From the IMG/VR virus record IMGVR_UViG_3300032038_000012, positions 32,001-96,000 of that record: a stretch of DNA of 64,000 nt; one strand, written 5' to 3'. The stretch comes from a virus. Lineage: Duplodnaviria; Caudoviricetes. Under the pieces are notes generated by a model that saw only the letters and a program-made list of their open reading frames with translations, was not told where the DNA came from and searched no databases. The position numbers and the translations under genes were made by a program. The stretch's first letter is position 1, and each line of letters opens with the position of its first letter. Shown here piece after piece: positions 10,234 through 21,300 of the stretch.

Positions 10234-11202
10234 ATGAGTTTGGAAACAATGAAAGAAAGAATTAATTATAACGGCGGAAAAGAACAAGAGTCTAGAATGA
10301 ACGCAGATAAACTACGTACATTAAAAAAGGCTCTTTTATATTCTTACCAAGCAGCAACCGCACGATTAACTGATGGTAGAGAATTTAGATGTTTAATAAA
10401 TCCTGATAAATTAAAGACAAATTATGATGAGAAAATCATTTCTATTCCATTTTTTGACATACAGCTTAATCCTGAGCTTAAGGAGAGTAAAAAATTTCAA
10501 AAAACTTCAAAAGGTGAAGAAGAAATTGGTATGAAGCCCGGAGATGTATTCACATGGAAAGAAACTAACACCGATTGGTTGGTATACTTAAGAAGATATG
10601 AAGAGACAGCTTATTTTAGGGCGGAAATCAGAAAATGTGATTACGAAATTGAGGTTAATGATAAAAAATATAAAGTATACATTGGCGGTCCAGATGAATC
10701 AGCTATTATTTGGAATAAAGTAAAAAAGATTGAATGGAATGATTTAAACTATTCTCTTACAATGTATATTACAAAAGATAAAAATACCGAAGAATTTTTC
10801 CATAGATTTACAAAGGTTGAAATAAATAAAAGACCTTGGGAAGTTCAAGCTGTTGACTCAATAAGTCAAGATGGTATTATTATAGTAGCCTTAAAAGAAA
10901 CTTATGAAAATAGTATTGAAAAGGCAGTTGAAAAAGAAAAAGTTGATACATATGTTGATTTAACTCAACCATATATAAAAGGACCTGAGACTGTTTACCC
11001 ATATGATGTAGTTACTTATTATATTAAGAATGCGGCAGATGGCGAATTTGTTGCTGAAGGTTCAGGTTTTGAAATTGCATCTCAAAATGCAGAACATATA
11101 AAATTGGGTATTGTTACTGGAAAAAGTGGTTCATTTACATTAAAGTATAAAATTCAAGACAAGGAAGATATTGTATTACCAATTACAATAGGTTCTTTAT
11201 AG
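10234..11202 (+). CDS. Putative head-closure/neck protein
   Basis: Position; beta-rich with KPGDVFTW..WLV motif; C-terminal Ig-like segment. Confidence 0.5.
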   Translation: MSLETMKERINYNGGKEQESRMNADKLRTLKKALLYSYQAATARLTDGREFRCLINPDKLKTNYDEKIISIPFFDIQLNPELKESKKFQKTSKGEEEIGMKPGDVFTWKETNTDWLVYLRRYEETAYFRAEIRKCDYEIEVNDKKYKVYIGGPDESAIIWNKVKKIEWNDLNYSLTMYITKDKNTEEFFHRFTKVEINKRPWEVQAVDSISQDGIIIVALKETYENSIEKAVEKEKVDTYVDLTQPYIKGPETVYPYDVVTYYIKNAADGEFVAEGSGFEIASQNAEHIKLGIVTGKSGSFTLKYKIQDKEDIVLPITIGSL

Positions 11203-11223
11203 AGATAAAAGGAGTGTATAAAA

Positions 11224-11808
11224 ATGAAAAGAGACGTATATACAAATAAATTTGATTCTTCATTTTTATCTTTTGAGAAAGACATAGAAACTATATTGAG
11301 AAAACTTTTTATAGAAAGTCATCCTTATAGTGATATATTAAAAAGATTATTAGTTATAAATACAAAAGATTGTTTAGATAATGAAGACAGTCCCGCAATA
11401 AAAGAAAAATTAAAAGATATGACATTAGCAAAATTAAGACAGGAAGGTTATATAAAGCTTGAACCAAAGATTGCTATGCCAGAACATGAAGAGGTAAAAA
11501 CATATATTATTATGTCTTGTGATAATTTCTCTTTAAATAAAACTAATAATCCTTATTATCGAGATTGTACTATTAATTTTGATATTATTTGCCATTTAGA
11601 CTATTGGGATTTAGGAAATTACAGAATAAGACCTCTTAAAATAGCTGGATATATAGATGGTATTTTAAATGAAGCCAAATTATCTGGAATAGGAACTTTT
11701 AATTTTTTAGGATGTAATGAACTAATATTAAATGAAGATTTAGGTGGATACACTTTATCTTATAGAGCAGTACATGGCAATGATGATAAACTTCCTAGAG
11801 ATGAATAA
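11224..11808 (+). CDS. Putative tail terminator/completion protein
   Basis: Position before major tail gene; I.FDIICH..W..RP..I...ID pattern. Confidence 0.5.
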   Translation: MKRDVYTNKFDSSFLSFEKDIETILRKLFIESHPYSDILKRLLVINTKDCLDNEDSPAIKEKLKDMTLAKLRQEGYIKLEPKIAMPEHEEVKTYIIMSCDNFSLNKTNNPYYRDCTINFDIICHLDYWDLGNYRIRPLKIAGYIDGILNEAKLSGIGTFNFLGCNELILNEDLGGYTLSYRAVHGNDDKLPRDE

Positions 11809-12554
11809 TGTTAGATAGTTTATTATTATTATCTGGTAATGATATACCTTTTATAAAAGCAAATTTAACAATTCACAATCCAACATTAAAAGAAATTGGA
11901 TACGTTGGAGAAGAAAATTTTTTAAATGGTTATCAGATGCTTAATGTTTCGAAAAACTTCTTACCTGAAAAGGACAAAGTTAATTTAGGAGACATAAGCA
12001 ATTTTGATATATTAATAGCAATACTAAGAGAGCGTAATGCGGTAATGCAAAAAAATAGGAGTTGCGTTTTAATGGCTTTGGCTTTATTATTTCCCTCATA
12101 TGCAATATCCTTAAAAAAAGATAGTATTGCATTGAAAAAAGAGGGAACCGATGAAGAGTGTTATTTGAATAGGGATAATTATGAAGAATTCCAACAAATA
12201 ATAAAACAAATGTTCAGTTTTAATACGGGAGAGCAAGATGATGATTTTAAGCCTGATGGGCGTTTAGCATCGAAAATTGCAGAAAAACTAAGAAAACGAC
12301 ATGAAAAATTAGCACAAATAGATAAAAAATCTACTAAAGTAGATATATATAGTCGATATGCATCTATTCTTTCTACGGGATTAAAAATAAGTATAGAAGA
12401 TATATTAAATTATACTCCATATCAATTGTTTGATCAACTCGAAAGATACCGATTGAAACAAGATTATGATCTCTTCATAAAGGCACAATTGGCCGGAGCT
12501 AAGGACTTAAAGGATCCAGAAGACTGGATGAAAGATGTTCATTCTATGTCTTAA
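11808..12554 (+). CDS. Hypothetical tail-region protein
   Basis: Intact ORF, TAATG-coupled to upstream gene. Confidence 0.6.
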   Translation: MLDSLLLLSGNDIPFIKANLTIHNPTLKEIGYVGEENFLNGYQMLNVSKNFLPEKDKVNLGDISNFDILIAILRERNAVMQKNRSCVLMALALLFPSYAISLKKDSIALKKEGTDEECYLNRDNYEEFQQIIKQMFSFNTGEQDDDFKPDGRLASKIAEKLRKRHEKLAQIDKKSTKVDIYSRYASILSTGLKISIEDILNYTPYQLFDQLERYRLKQDYDLFIKAQLAGAKDLKDPEDWMKDVHSMS

Positions 12555-12589
12555 AAACTTTAGAAAAAATTAAAGGAGGATATGTTAAT

Positions 12590-13531
12590 ATGAAATTTGG
12601 AGTACGTGAAATATGTGACGTAGTATTCAAAGCTAAAGATAGAGTTAAAATTGGTAAAAGAACTTTCGAAAAAGGTCAACCAGTTTTATATATCGATAGT
12701 GCAAAAACTTCTACTGTTGAAGGAGCAGCTACTACTGTATATGCTCAAGGTGGAAAAGGAAATACAAGATTAATCGCTTGGGAAGGTGAAAAAACATTAA
12801 CATTTACTGTTGAAGATGCATTATTATCTCCAATTGGTTTCTCAGTATTATCTGGAGCTGGTTTATTTAATGGTAAAAAGCCTGAAGATAAAGTTCATGT
12901 TCATACAACAGCTAATGCTTATTTAGGAACAGATGGAACAATCGATTTAACTGATGCACTAGGAACTAATGAAGAAATCGATGCAACTGCACCAATCTTT
13001 GCAATGGTGACTGAAGACGATGGTTCTATTACAGGAGAAATGGTTGATGAATTAACAGTAAGTACAGATGGTAAAAAATTAGAAGGAGCTGCTAGTAAAT
13101 ATCATGGAAAAACTGTATTCGTAGATTTTTATGTAGTTAAAGATGCTGCTAATGTATCTGAATTACAAATTGACGCAGAAAACTTCGCAGGTTCTTACTA
13201 TGTTGAAGCTTCTACATTATTTAGAAAAGAAGCTAATGGTGTGGATATGCCTGCTGAAATCACTTTACCAAACGTAAAAATTCAATCAAACTTCACATTC
13301 TCAATGGCATCTACTGGAGATCCATCAACATTTACATTTACAATGGACGCATTCCCAGGATACACTATGTTTGATAACACTCATAAAGTATTAATGGTAA
13401 TGCAAATCGTTGATGATACTACAGCAGCTGATAAAGATACAAATACAGTTATGAAACACTTAGCTGGTATCACAATTGAGGAAAACTTAAAAGATTCAGT
13501 TCCAGGAAATGATGGAGAAGAATCTATCTAA
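12590..13531 (+). CDS. Major tail (tube) protein
   Basis: Biased codons like the capsid gene, followed by terminator; GDPSTFTFTMD motif; position before chaperone/TMP. Confidence 0.7.
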   Translation: MKFGVREICDVVFKAKDRVKIGKRTFEKGQPVLYIDSAKTSTVEGAATTVYAQGGKGNTRLIAWEGEKTLTFTVEDALLSPIGFSVLSGAGLFNGKKPEDKVHVHTTANAYLGTDGTIDLTDALGTNEEIDATAPIFAMVTEDDGSITGEMVDELTVSTDGKKLEGAASKYHGKTVFVDFYVVKDAANVSELQIDAENFAGSYYVEASTLFRKEANGVDMPAEITLPNVKIQSNFTFSMASTGDPSTFTFTMDAFPGYTMFDNTHKVLMVMQIVDDTTAADKDTNTVMKHLAGITIEENLKDSVPGNDGEESI

Positions 13532-13547
13532 TTTATGAAATATAAAC

Positions 13548-13576
13548 GAGGGAGGCTAAATGTCTCCCTCTTTTTT
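13548..13576 (+). terminator. Rho-independent terminator
   Basis: GAGGGAGGC-loop-GTCTCCCTC + T6. Confidence 0.8.
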
Positions 13577-13593
13577 GATATAATAGAAAGGAA

Positions 13594-14610
13594 TTGATAA
13601 GTATGGATGATTTTAAAAATGTAGAGGCCATAAGAACTGCTCTTGCAGAAGCATTATCCGCTCCTAGTGAGCAAGCTACAAAAGAATATTTACAACGTGT
13701 TGAAAATATTTTAGAAAGTTATTTAAATAATTTAAATAATTTTTATTATCAGATTGAAGCTCAAAGCAGACCTATTATAGAACAATATGAAAGTGCAAAT
13801 GCAGATACAAAAACAATATCTTATGCAGTTTTTAAACATTTAAATTATGTAGATGGAGAAGTTGAACATTTATTAAAAGAAGGATATGTTTTAATGGATG
13901 AAATTCGTCATTTTTTTACTGGTGAGACTATTACTTATCAAATTGGTATTCCTTATCGAGGCACTTTATATGAACAGTCTATCACATTAGAAGAATTATT
14001 AAAATATACTAAAATTGATTTTAATACAAAAAGTAAGATTGATAATATTTTTAAATTAAGAATGTCAAATAAAAAAGGATTACGAGAAGCTTTTCAAGAT
14101 AATTCTGCAACAATTAGAACAAGTGTTCAAGATGGTTCAACAGTATATTCTGCGGTTTGGCATTATATAAATTCTCCTGGGGCAGATCCACGTAATAAAA
14201 ACTTAGGTAATGCTTATGAAGTTTATCGAGTATTAATTGCAAAGAGACAAAACTCTAATAAAATTCCTCCTGAAGTAACTGCGGAAATGATTGAAAATGC
14301 ATTTACTGAAGTTCGTTCTAATACAGCTTCTTCAATAAAAGGTGGAGACTTTTTAACTTCTCAGATTAAATATTTTGCAAGTGCGCCATCTTTAGCAACC
14401 ACTAGTTTAATTAGAACTACTTTGCAAGATGTTCGAGATAGTTTTAAGAGTTTTTTATCTTCTGCAAATATTAATAGTTTTAAACAATCCATTAAAGAAA
14501 TGTTCTTAAAAGATATTTCAGTAGTTGATAATTTAGAAAAAGATGCAATTCTTATTGCTGAAGAAAAAATCGATCAAATTTTTGCTGACTTAAAAATTGA
14601 CACAATCTAA
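13594..14610 (+). CDS. Hypothetical protein
   Basis: Intact 338-aa ORF; TTG start after GAAAGGA. Confidence 0.6.
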   Translation: MISMDDFKNVEAIRTALAEALSAPSEQATKEYLQRVENILESYLNNLNNFYYQIEAQSRPIIEQYESANADTKTISYAVFKHLNYVDGEVEHLLKEGYVLMDEIRHFFTGETITYQIGIPYRGTLYEQSITLEELLKYTKIDFNTKSKIDNIFKLRMSNKKGLREAFQDNSATIRTSVQDGSTVYSAVWHYINSPGADPRNKNLGNAYEVYRVLIAKRQNSNKIPPEVTAEMIENAFTEVRSNTASSIKGGDFLTSQIKYFASAPSLATTSLIRTTLQDVRDSFKSFLSSANINSFKQSIKEMFLKDISVVDNLEKDAILIAEEKIDQIFADLKIDTI

Positions 14611-14625
14611 AATTTTTGATATAAT
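14597..14625 (+). promoter_or_regulatory. SigA/sigma70 consensus promoter with extended -10
   Basis: TTGACA-17 nt-TATAAT with TG at -15/-14. Confidence 0.85.
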
Positions 14626-14658
14626 ATAAATAGAAGAAAGAAAAGGAGAGATATAATT

Positions 14659-15195
14659 ATGACAAAAACTACTTATGCAGGAATGAAATTAAAAGTAAAT
14701 TCTGAAGTTAAAACAATAGATGTTGGAGAAAATCAAATTGAAGTTCTACAATATCTACCAATTGATGATAAATATACTTTATTAAATGTAACACTTCAAA
14801 AAGCTAAAGAAGGCGCTATTTATAACCCATTAAAAAAGGATATGTTTTTCCATTTAAATATAATATATATGTACACTAATTTAACTTTTACTGAAAAACA
14901 AAGAGAAGATGAAAGTAAAATTTATGATACATTAGTAAGTAATGGTGTATTAGATAAGGTTTTAGAAGTTATTCCAGAAACTGAATTTAATACTTTATAC
15001 TCTTATTTAAATGAACAAGAAAAATCTATTTTAACTTACAAAAATACTATGGGTGGAGTTGTTACAGAATTAATTGAAAATCTTCCTTTACAAGCAGAAC
15101 AAATGCAAAAAATAGTAGATAATTTTGACCCTGAAAAGTTTCAAAATGTTTTAGATTTTGCAAGAGCTGCTAATGGTGGCAGAGAAATAAATTAA
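14659..15195 (+). CDS. Putative tail assembly chaperone
   Basis: Small acidic helical protein immediately before tape measure; positional inference. Confidence 0.45.
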   Translation: MTKTTYAGMKLKVNSEVKTIDVGENQIEVLQYLPIDDKYTLLNVTLQKAKEGAIYNPLKKDMFFHLNIIYMYTNLTFTEKQREDESKIYDTLVSNGVLDKVLEVIPETEFNTLYSYLNEQEKSILTYKNTMGGVVTELIENLPLQAEQMQKIVDNFDPEKFQNVLDFARAANGGREIN

Positions 15196-15199
15196 GCAA

Positions 15200-15247
15200 G
15201 GCCAAAATAAGATAATTAAAAACCCTCTATTCTTATATATAAATAAG
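15200..15247 (+). promoter_or_regulatory. Bipartite late-promoter-like motif, copy 3
   Basis: GGCCAAAA...TTCTTATATATAAATAAG upstream of TMP. Confidence 0.5.
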
Positions 15248-15262
15248 CAAGAGGGTTTTTTT
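15218..15262 (+). terminator. Terminator hairpin overlapping motif copy 3
   Basis: AAAAACCCTCT...AGAGGGTTTTTTT. Confidence 0.65.
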
Positions 15263-15302
15263 AGGTGGAAAAAACTCATAAAAAAGGAGGAAAAAGGATA
15301 AT

Positions 15303-18300
15303 ATGGCGAAGATAGATATTGCTAGAATGAAAGTCGGAGTCGATGTTGAAGTTAATCATCAAACATTATCAGATTTGAAAAGACAATTAGCTCAAATTAG
15401 AGTTGATATTCAATCTAAAAATCGTAATGGCATGACTGAAAGTTTAGAAGAAACTTTAAAAGTAGCTAATCAATTAGATAATATTATAACTAAGTCATGG
15501 AACAGTAGATTAAATCAATTTGATTTATCTAAATTAAATAATGATTTGAAAAAAAGTAATTTAACTGCAACTTCATTAAAACAGACTTTTTCAGCTTATC
15601 CAGAAGTATATGATAATTTTTCTAGAAAAATATTAGAAAGTAATGTTCAATTAAAACAGTCTAGTAAACTTTTAGATAAAATGTCTGTTACAATGGCGAA
15701 TACTGTTAGATTCGGAATTTCATCAAGCATTTTTAATAATTTAACAAGCTCTATTTCAAAGGCTTATAATTATACACTTCAATTAGATAAATCTTTGAAT
15801 GATATACGTATTGTTTCTAATGAATCCGCCGCAAACATGGAGCGTTTTGCAAAACAAGCTAATGCTGCTGCAAAAGAACTAGGAGCAAGTACATTAGATT
15901 ATACTAAAGCCGCATTAATTTATTATCAACAAGGTTTACCTTCAGACCAAATCGAAGAACGTTCAAATATCACTGTAAAAATGGCAAACGTTCTTGGTAG
16001 AAGTGCGGAAGAGGTATCTGATTATATGACTGCAATTTGGAATAACTTTGCAGATGGTTCTCAATCTTTAGAATACTATGCAGACGTTATTACTAAATTA
16101 GGTGCAACAACCGCATCTAGTGCAGAAGAAATCGCAGGTGGATTAGAAAAATTCGCAGCTGTAGGTGACACAATCGGTTTAAGTTATGAATATGCAACAG
16201 CCGCATTAACAACTATCACAGCACAAACTCGTCAAAGTGAAGATGTTGTTGGTACTGCTTTAAAGACAATCTTTTCTCGTATTCAAGGTTTAAATCTTGG
16301 GGAAACTCTTGAAGATGGAACCACATTAAATAAATATTCTGAAGCTCTTAGTAAAGTAGGAATCCAAATTAAAGATCAAAATAATGAATTTAAAGATATG
16401 GATACTATTTTAGATGAAATGGGTGAAAAATGGGGTTCTTTAAATAAAGACCAACAAGTTGCTTTAGCACAAGCAGTAGCTGGTGTTAGACAGTATAACC
16501 AATTAGTTGCATTAATGGATAATTGGGATTTCATGAAAGAAAATCTTGAAACTGCTGCAAATGCAACTGGAGAATTAGATGCTCAACAAGCTATTTATAT
16601 GGATAGTGTTGAAGCACATCTACAACAATTAAAAACTACAGCTGAAGAGACTTATAATACTTTATTTGATACTGATGCAATAAAAACATTTGCAGATATG
16701 GCTACTGGAGCTTTAGAAGCATTAAATGATTTATTAACAGGTCTTGGTGGCGGTATGAATGCTATTACCACAATAGGATTGGGAGCAACTAATCTATTTA
16801 GTAATCAAATTGCTGGTGGAGTTCAAAGAGGGCTAGAAAATAAACGTAGATCTAGTCAAAACTCTGACGAGTTAAAACAAGAAATTATTAACAATCATGA
16901 AATGCAAGGAGAAACTGATTTAGATTCAACAGCAATGGATAGAGAAGTTAAAGTTGCAGAAAAGATTCTTTCAATTAAGAAAAATCTTACTGAAGAAGAA
17001 GCTCAACAATTAATTTCTCAACAACAAAAAATAGGACTTCTTACAGATGAAATAAATAAACATACTAAGATAGATAAAGAAATTAGCGATATTGCTAAAA
17101 AATATGATTTATCAGACGATACTGCATATAGTCTTAATAGTGAGTTAAACGGAACAAGAGATGAATTAAAGAAGATAAAAAGTTTAATGAAATCTCTTAA
17201 TAGTGAAGATGCAAATATTTATGAAGAAGAAACATTAAATTTATTAAAACAACACGGAATTCAATTAAAAGAAAATGAAAAAACTAATGAAGGATATACT
17301 AAAAAATTAACAGCCCTTCAAGGAGAATTAGTAAATAAACAAAATGAATTAAATCAAGCCGCAAAAGACAGAGCTACTTTAGATGAACAAGATATAGATG
17401 TAACTATTGCGCAGAGGGATGCTTTAGAAGCAAATGTGGATAGTGTAGTTAGACAAAAACAAGAACAAGAAAATATTCAAACAGTTATTAAAGGGACTAC
17501 AGCTCTTTTATCAGCAGCGACTTCTCTTGGAGGAATATTTTCAACAGCTTTTGATGAAGACATGTCTACTTGGGATAAGTTTAAAAGTATTAATGCAGTT
17601 ATTTTAACTCAATTACCTTTTATGTTAGCTAATATGAGTAGTATAGCTAAGTTATTACCTGCAATAACAACTTTATTAGGTATAGAAACTACTGTTCAAG
17701 AAGCTTTAAATGCAGCTAAACAAAAAGAAAACATGGTAGATGCAGAAGGTAATGTTTTAAAAGGTAGAGAAATTATAATTAGACTTAAAGCTATAGTTGT
17801 AAAAGTTATAGAAACTATTAAGACTTGGGCTTTAGCTGCGGCACAAGCTGTATTAGATTTACTTACTGGTAATTTTACCGCTTTAGGTATTGCAGCAGCG
17901 ACTGCGATAGTAGCAATGACAGTAGCTATAACCGCATTTGTTATAAATATGGTTAAAGCAAATTCAGAAGAGGCTAAACTTAAGAAACGTGTAGAGGATA
18001 CTGCAGAAGCAGTGAAAGAAGCTACAGAGGTTTATGATGAATTAAAAGAATCTGTTTCAAAATATAGAGATGCTAAATCAGGTATTGACAGCTTAAAAGA
18101 AGGTACAGTAGAATTTTATGAAGCCGTTATGAAAAGTAACGAAGAGGCTCAAAAATTAATAGATACCTTAAACTTAATGCCTAAAGACATGATGGGTAAT
18201 GGACAGTATTCAATAGATAAAAATGGATTGATTTCTATTGATGAAGATGTTCTTCAAAGAGAAATGTTTAAAAAACAACAAGAAATTTATAGAAATCAAG

Positions 18301-21300
18301 GTCAAAATATCCAAGCTAGAAAAGATTTAGAAGTATATAATCAAAAGGAAATTGTTAAACAATTTAGAAAAGAAGTTAATCAAGAAGCTAGAAGGTCAGG
18401 GTCTGGAGCAACCATTTCTTATGATCAAGCTAAAGATATACTTTCTGGTCAAAATAAATTTAATGATACTTTAGTTCAAAATAATAAATTATTTTCTACT
18501 TTTGTTCCTCAGGTAGCAAGTATTTATGGCGTTTTAGATAGAAATAATCAACAACTAGGAGCTTTCCAAAATTTAACTGAAAATAAAGTAGGAGAAGTAA
18601 AAACTTCAGTTGATAATTCTTCTATTAATATTCAAAAAGCAATAGATAACAATTTAGGTAAATATAATCAATCTCAAAGTAACATTGACAGTCTTGAAAC
18701 TCAAAGAATTATTGCTACATTAAGAGGTTATGGTACAGAAGAACAGGTCGAAAACTTTGATAGTTATAGTGAGAGATCGCAAAAAGCTATTGCAGAAATG
18801 GTTAAAGAAGGAAATGCTGCAAATGCTCATAATGAAAATGTTAAAGATATGGGATTTGGAGATTATGCAGCAACATATGGAAAGAATACATTAAAATGGG
18901 GTTGGACTGGTCCATTTGCACCTATGATAGCATCTTTGAATACTGCAGCAGATGCAGGAACAAATGATGGTAAAAAAGAGGGTATAAAAGAATTATATGC
19001 TCAATATGCATTGGGTTATTCAAAAGAAGCGAATGGACAATGGTTTAATGAATATGGAAATGCAGTAGATAAGGATGAAATGAAAGAAATCCTTAAAGAA
19101 ATTAAAACTGATACTGCTGTTCAAGCATATAATAATGGAGATTTTGCGACAGCTCAAAGTTTACAAAATGCGCAAAACAGTGCAGATAATATAAGAAAAA
19201 ATGTTAATAACTGGGGATTTAGTACTAGTTCAAGTCAATATATGACTGAAGCTATGCTAGGTTTAAAAACTGGTACATTTGATGAAGAATTAACTAAATT
19301 ATTAACAAATGAAGAAAAAGAAAAAATTAAATCCGTAGTTAAACCAGAAATAACAGAGCCAGAAAAATCATTTAGTTTTTCTGCGAACGAACCTTTCTCT
19401 ATGTATAGTCAATACAGTCAAGAGGAATTAGATAAATTTTTAGCAACAACTGACGAAGTAGGTCGTTCTATAGAGAGAATTAAAGCGGATTTAAAAGAAT
19501 ATAATGGTACTTTAGAAAGTCAAGCTGCACAACTAGGCACTACTAAAGAAGCATTAGAGTTTTATGGCCAAGCAATGTATAATGCTTCTAAAGAAACTAA
19601 TAAAATGGATAAAACTTCTGCAGAAGCTATCGCTAGTCAATATAAATTCAACAAAAAATATAATGAAGCTGTAGCAATATATTATGATAATGAAGAAGCA
19701 ATAAAAGCATATGGAAAAGCTTTAAAAAATAATGAACAAATTGGTTATGATGTTGCCGATGCAATGGGAGAGCTTTCCAAATCTTTAAAAGAAATGGGAT
19801 TATCCTTATCAGCTGAACAAATTTCAGATAATCTTGATACCGTTCAAAAATTATTAACAGGAACTAAAGAAGAAGCTGAACAAGCTTATCAAAGTTTATT
19901 AAAATTATCTCAAATAAACACTATGAATACGATATTTGGTCCAGAAGCAAAAAATCAATTAGATAAATATACATATTCATATCAACAGTTAATTGATGCA
20001 ATTAACACCACAAAACCTGGAGCAAATTTATCACAACAATATGCAGCATCATTAAGTAAAATGATTCAAGATACTCATCTTACAATGGATGAAATTAATA
20101 AATTAGGCGAAGGTTTAAATATTACTATACCAGTAAAATATAAAGTTCCTAAAAAAATGTCCTTTAAGAAACAAAATTTTACAACTAAAGCACAATCTGT
20201 TTTACATAGATATAGTGGAGAAATGCCTAATCCAGCTTATGATGGGAAGAAACATAAGGATAAGAAAATTACTATTAATTATTCTTGGATAGAAACAACA
20301 GAAGAAAAAACTGATAGCTTTTTAGTACCAGATGAAACTGGAATCACTGTTAATCAAAGTACTCAATCTTTAGGAGGAGGATCTTCAAGAAACTTTACCC
20401 CTTCAATTGCAAATCAAAACGCTGCAAGAAATAGTGGCGGTGGCGGTGGAGGAAGTAAATCTGAGCCAAGTAAAAAAGACTTAAATGAAGACAAAGTAGA
20501 TAGATATGAAAAGGTTAATGTTCAATTAGAACTAATTGAAGACCAATTAAAGAAAATTCAAAAACAAGAAAAGAAATTAATAGGTCAAAAATTAATTGAT
20601 AATTTAAATAAACAATTAGATGTATTAAATAAAAAAATAGATAAAACTAATGAAAAGATGCAAATTGCTAGAGGTGAACAAGCTGAATTACAACGAGAAT
20701 TAGCTTCTTATGGTGTTGGTTTCGATGCTGATGGAGTAATGACTAATTATGCTCAAGTGTTTGCCGCACAACAAAATGCACTTAATAATGTTTATAGGCA
20801 ATATAATAATATGTCTGCAGATGCACAAAAGAATTTTGATGATACTGTTAAAGCTGCAGAAAAGAAATGGAATAACTTTAAAGACGCTGTTTCAAAATAC
20901 GATCAACTTATAGGATCTACTATTCCAGGTTTACAAAATGATATTCAAGAAGCGGTTGACGAACAAATTGAAATAAAAATAAAAGAATTTGATATGGAAA
21001 TTGAGTTAGCTTTAGACATTAAGGCTGCTCAAGATAAATGGAACGACTTTAAACGAAATATTATAAAAGACCTTAAAGAAGATGACATATTTGGAATTGC
21101 AATGGATAATTTTGAAAGATTCTTTGATTTTTATAATGAAGAGGGTTTTGGAGTTATTCAAGAAGAATCTAAATATTTAACAGACTTGATGAAACAAATT
21201 GATCAATATAATGCAACAGGCAAATCCGATTGGTATGGCGACAATGAATCTGCTATGATGGATGATTTACAAAAATATTATGAGCAAGCTTTTGACGATT

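Noticed and set aside
11224-14610. Contractile tail sheath
   Set aside because: No sheath-like gene recognised near the tube gene; organisation fits a long non-contractile tail
14659-15302. Programmed frameshift in the tail chaperone
   Set aside because: No second open frame between this gene and TMP; the gap holds a terminator and promoter motif
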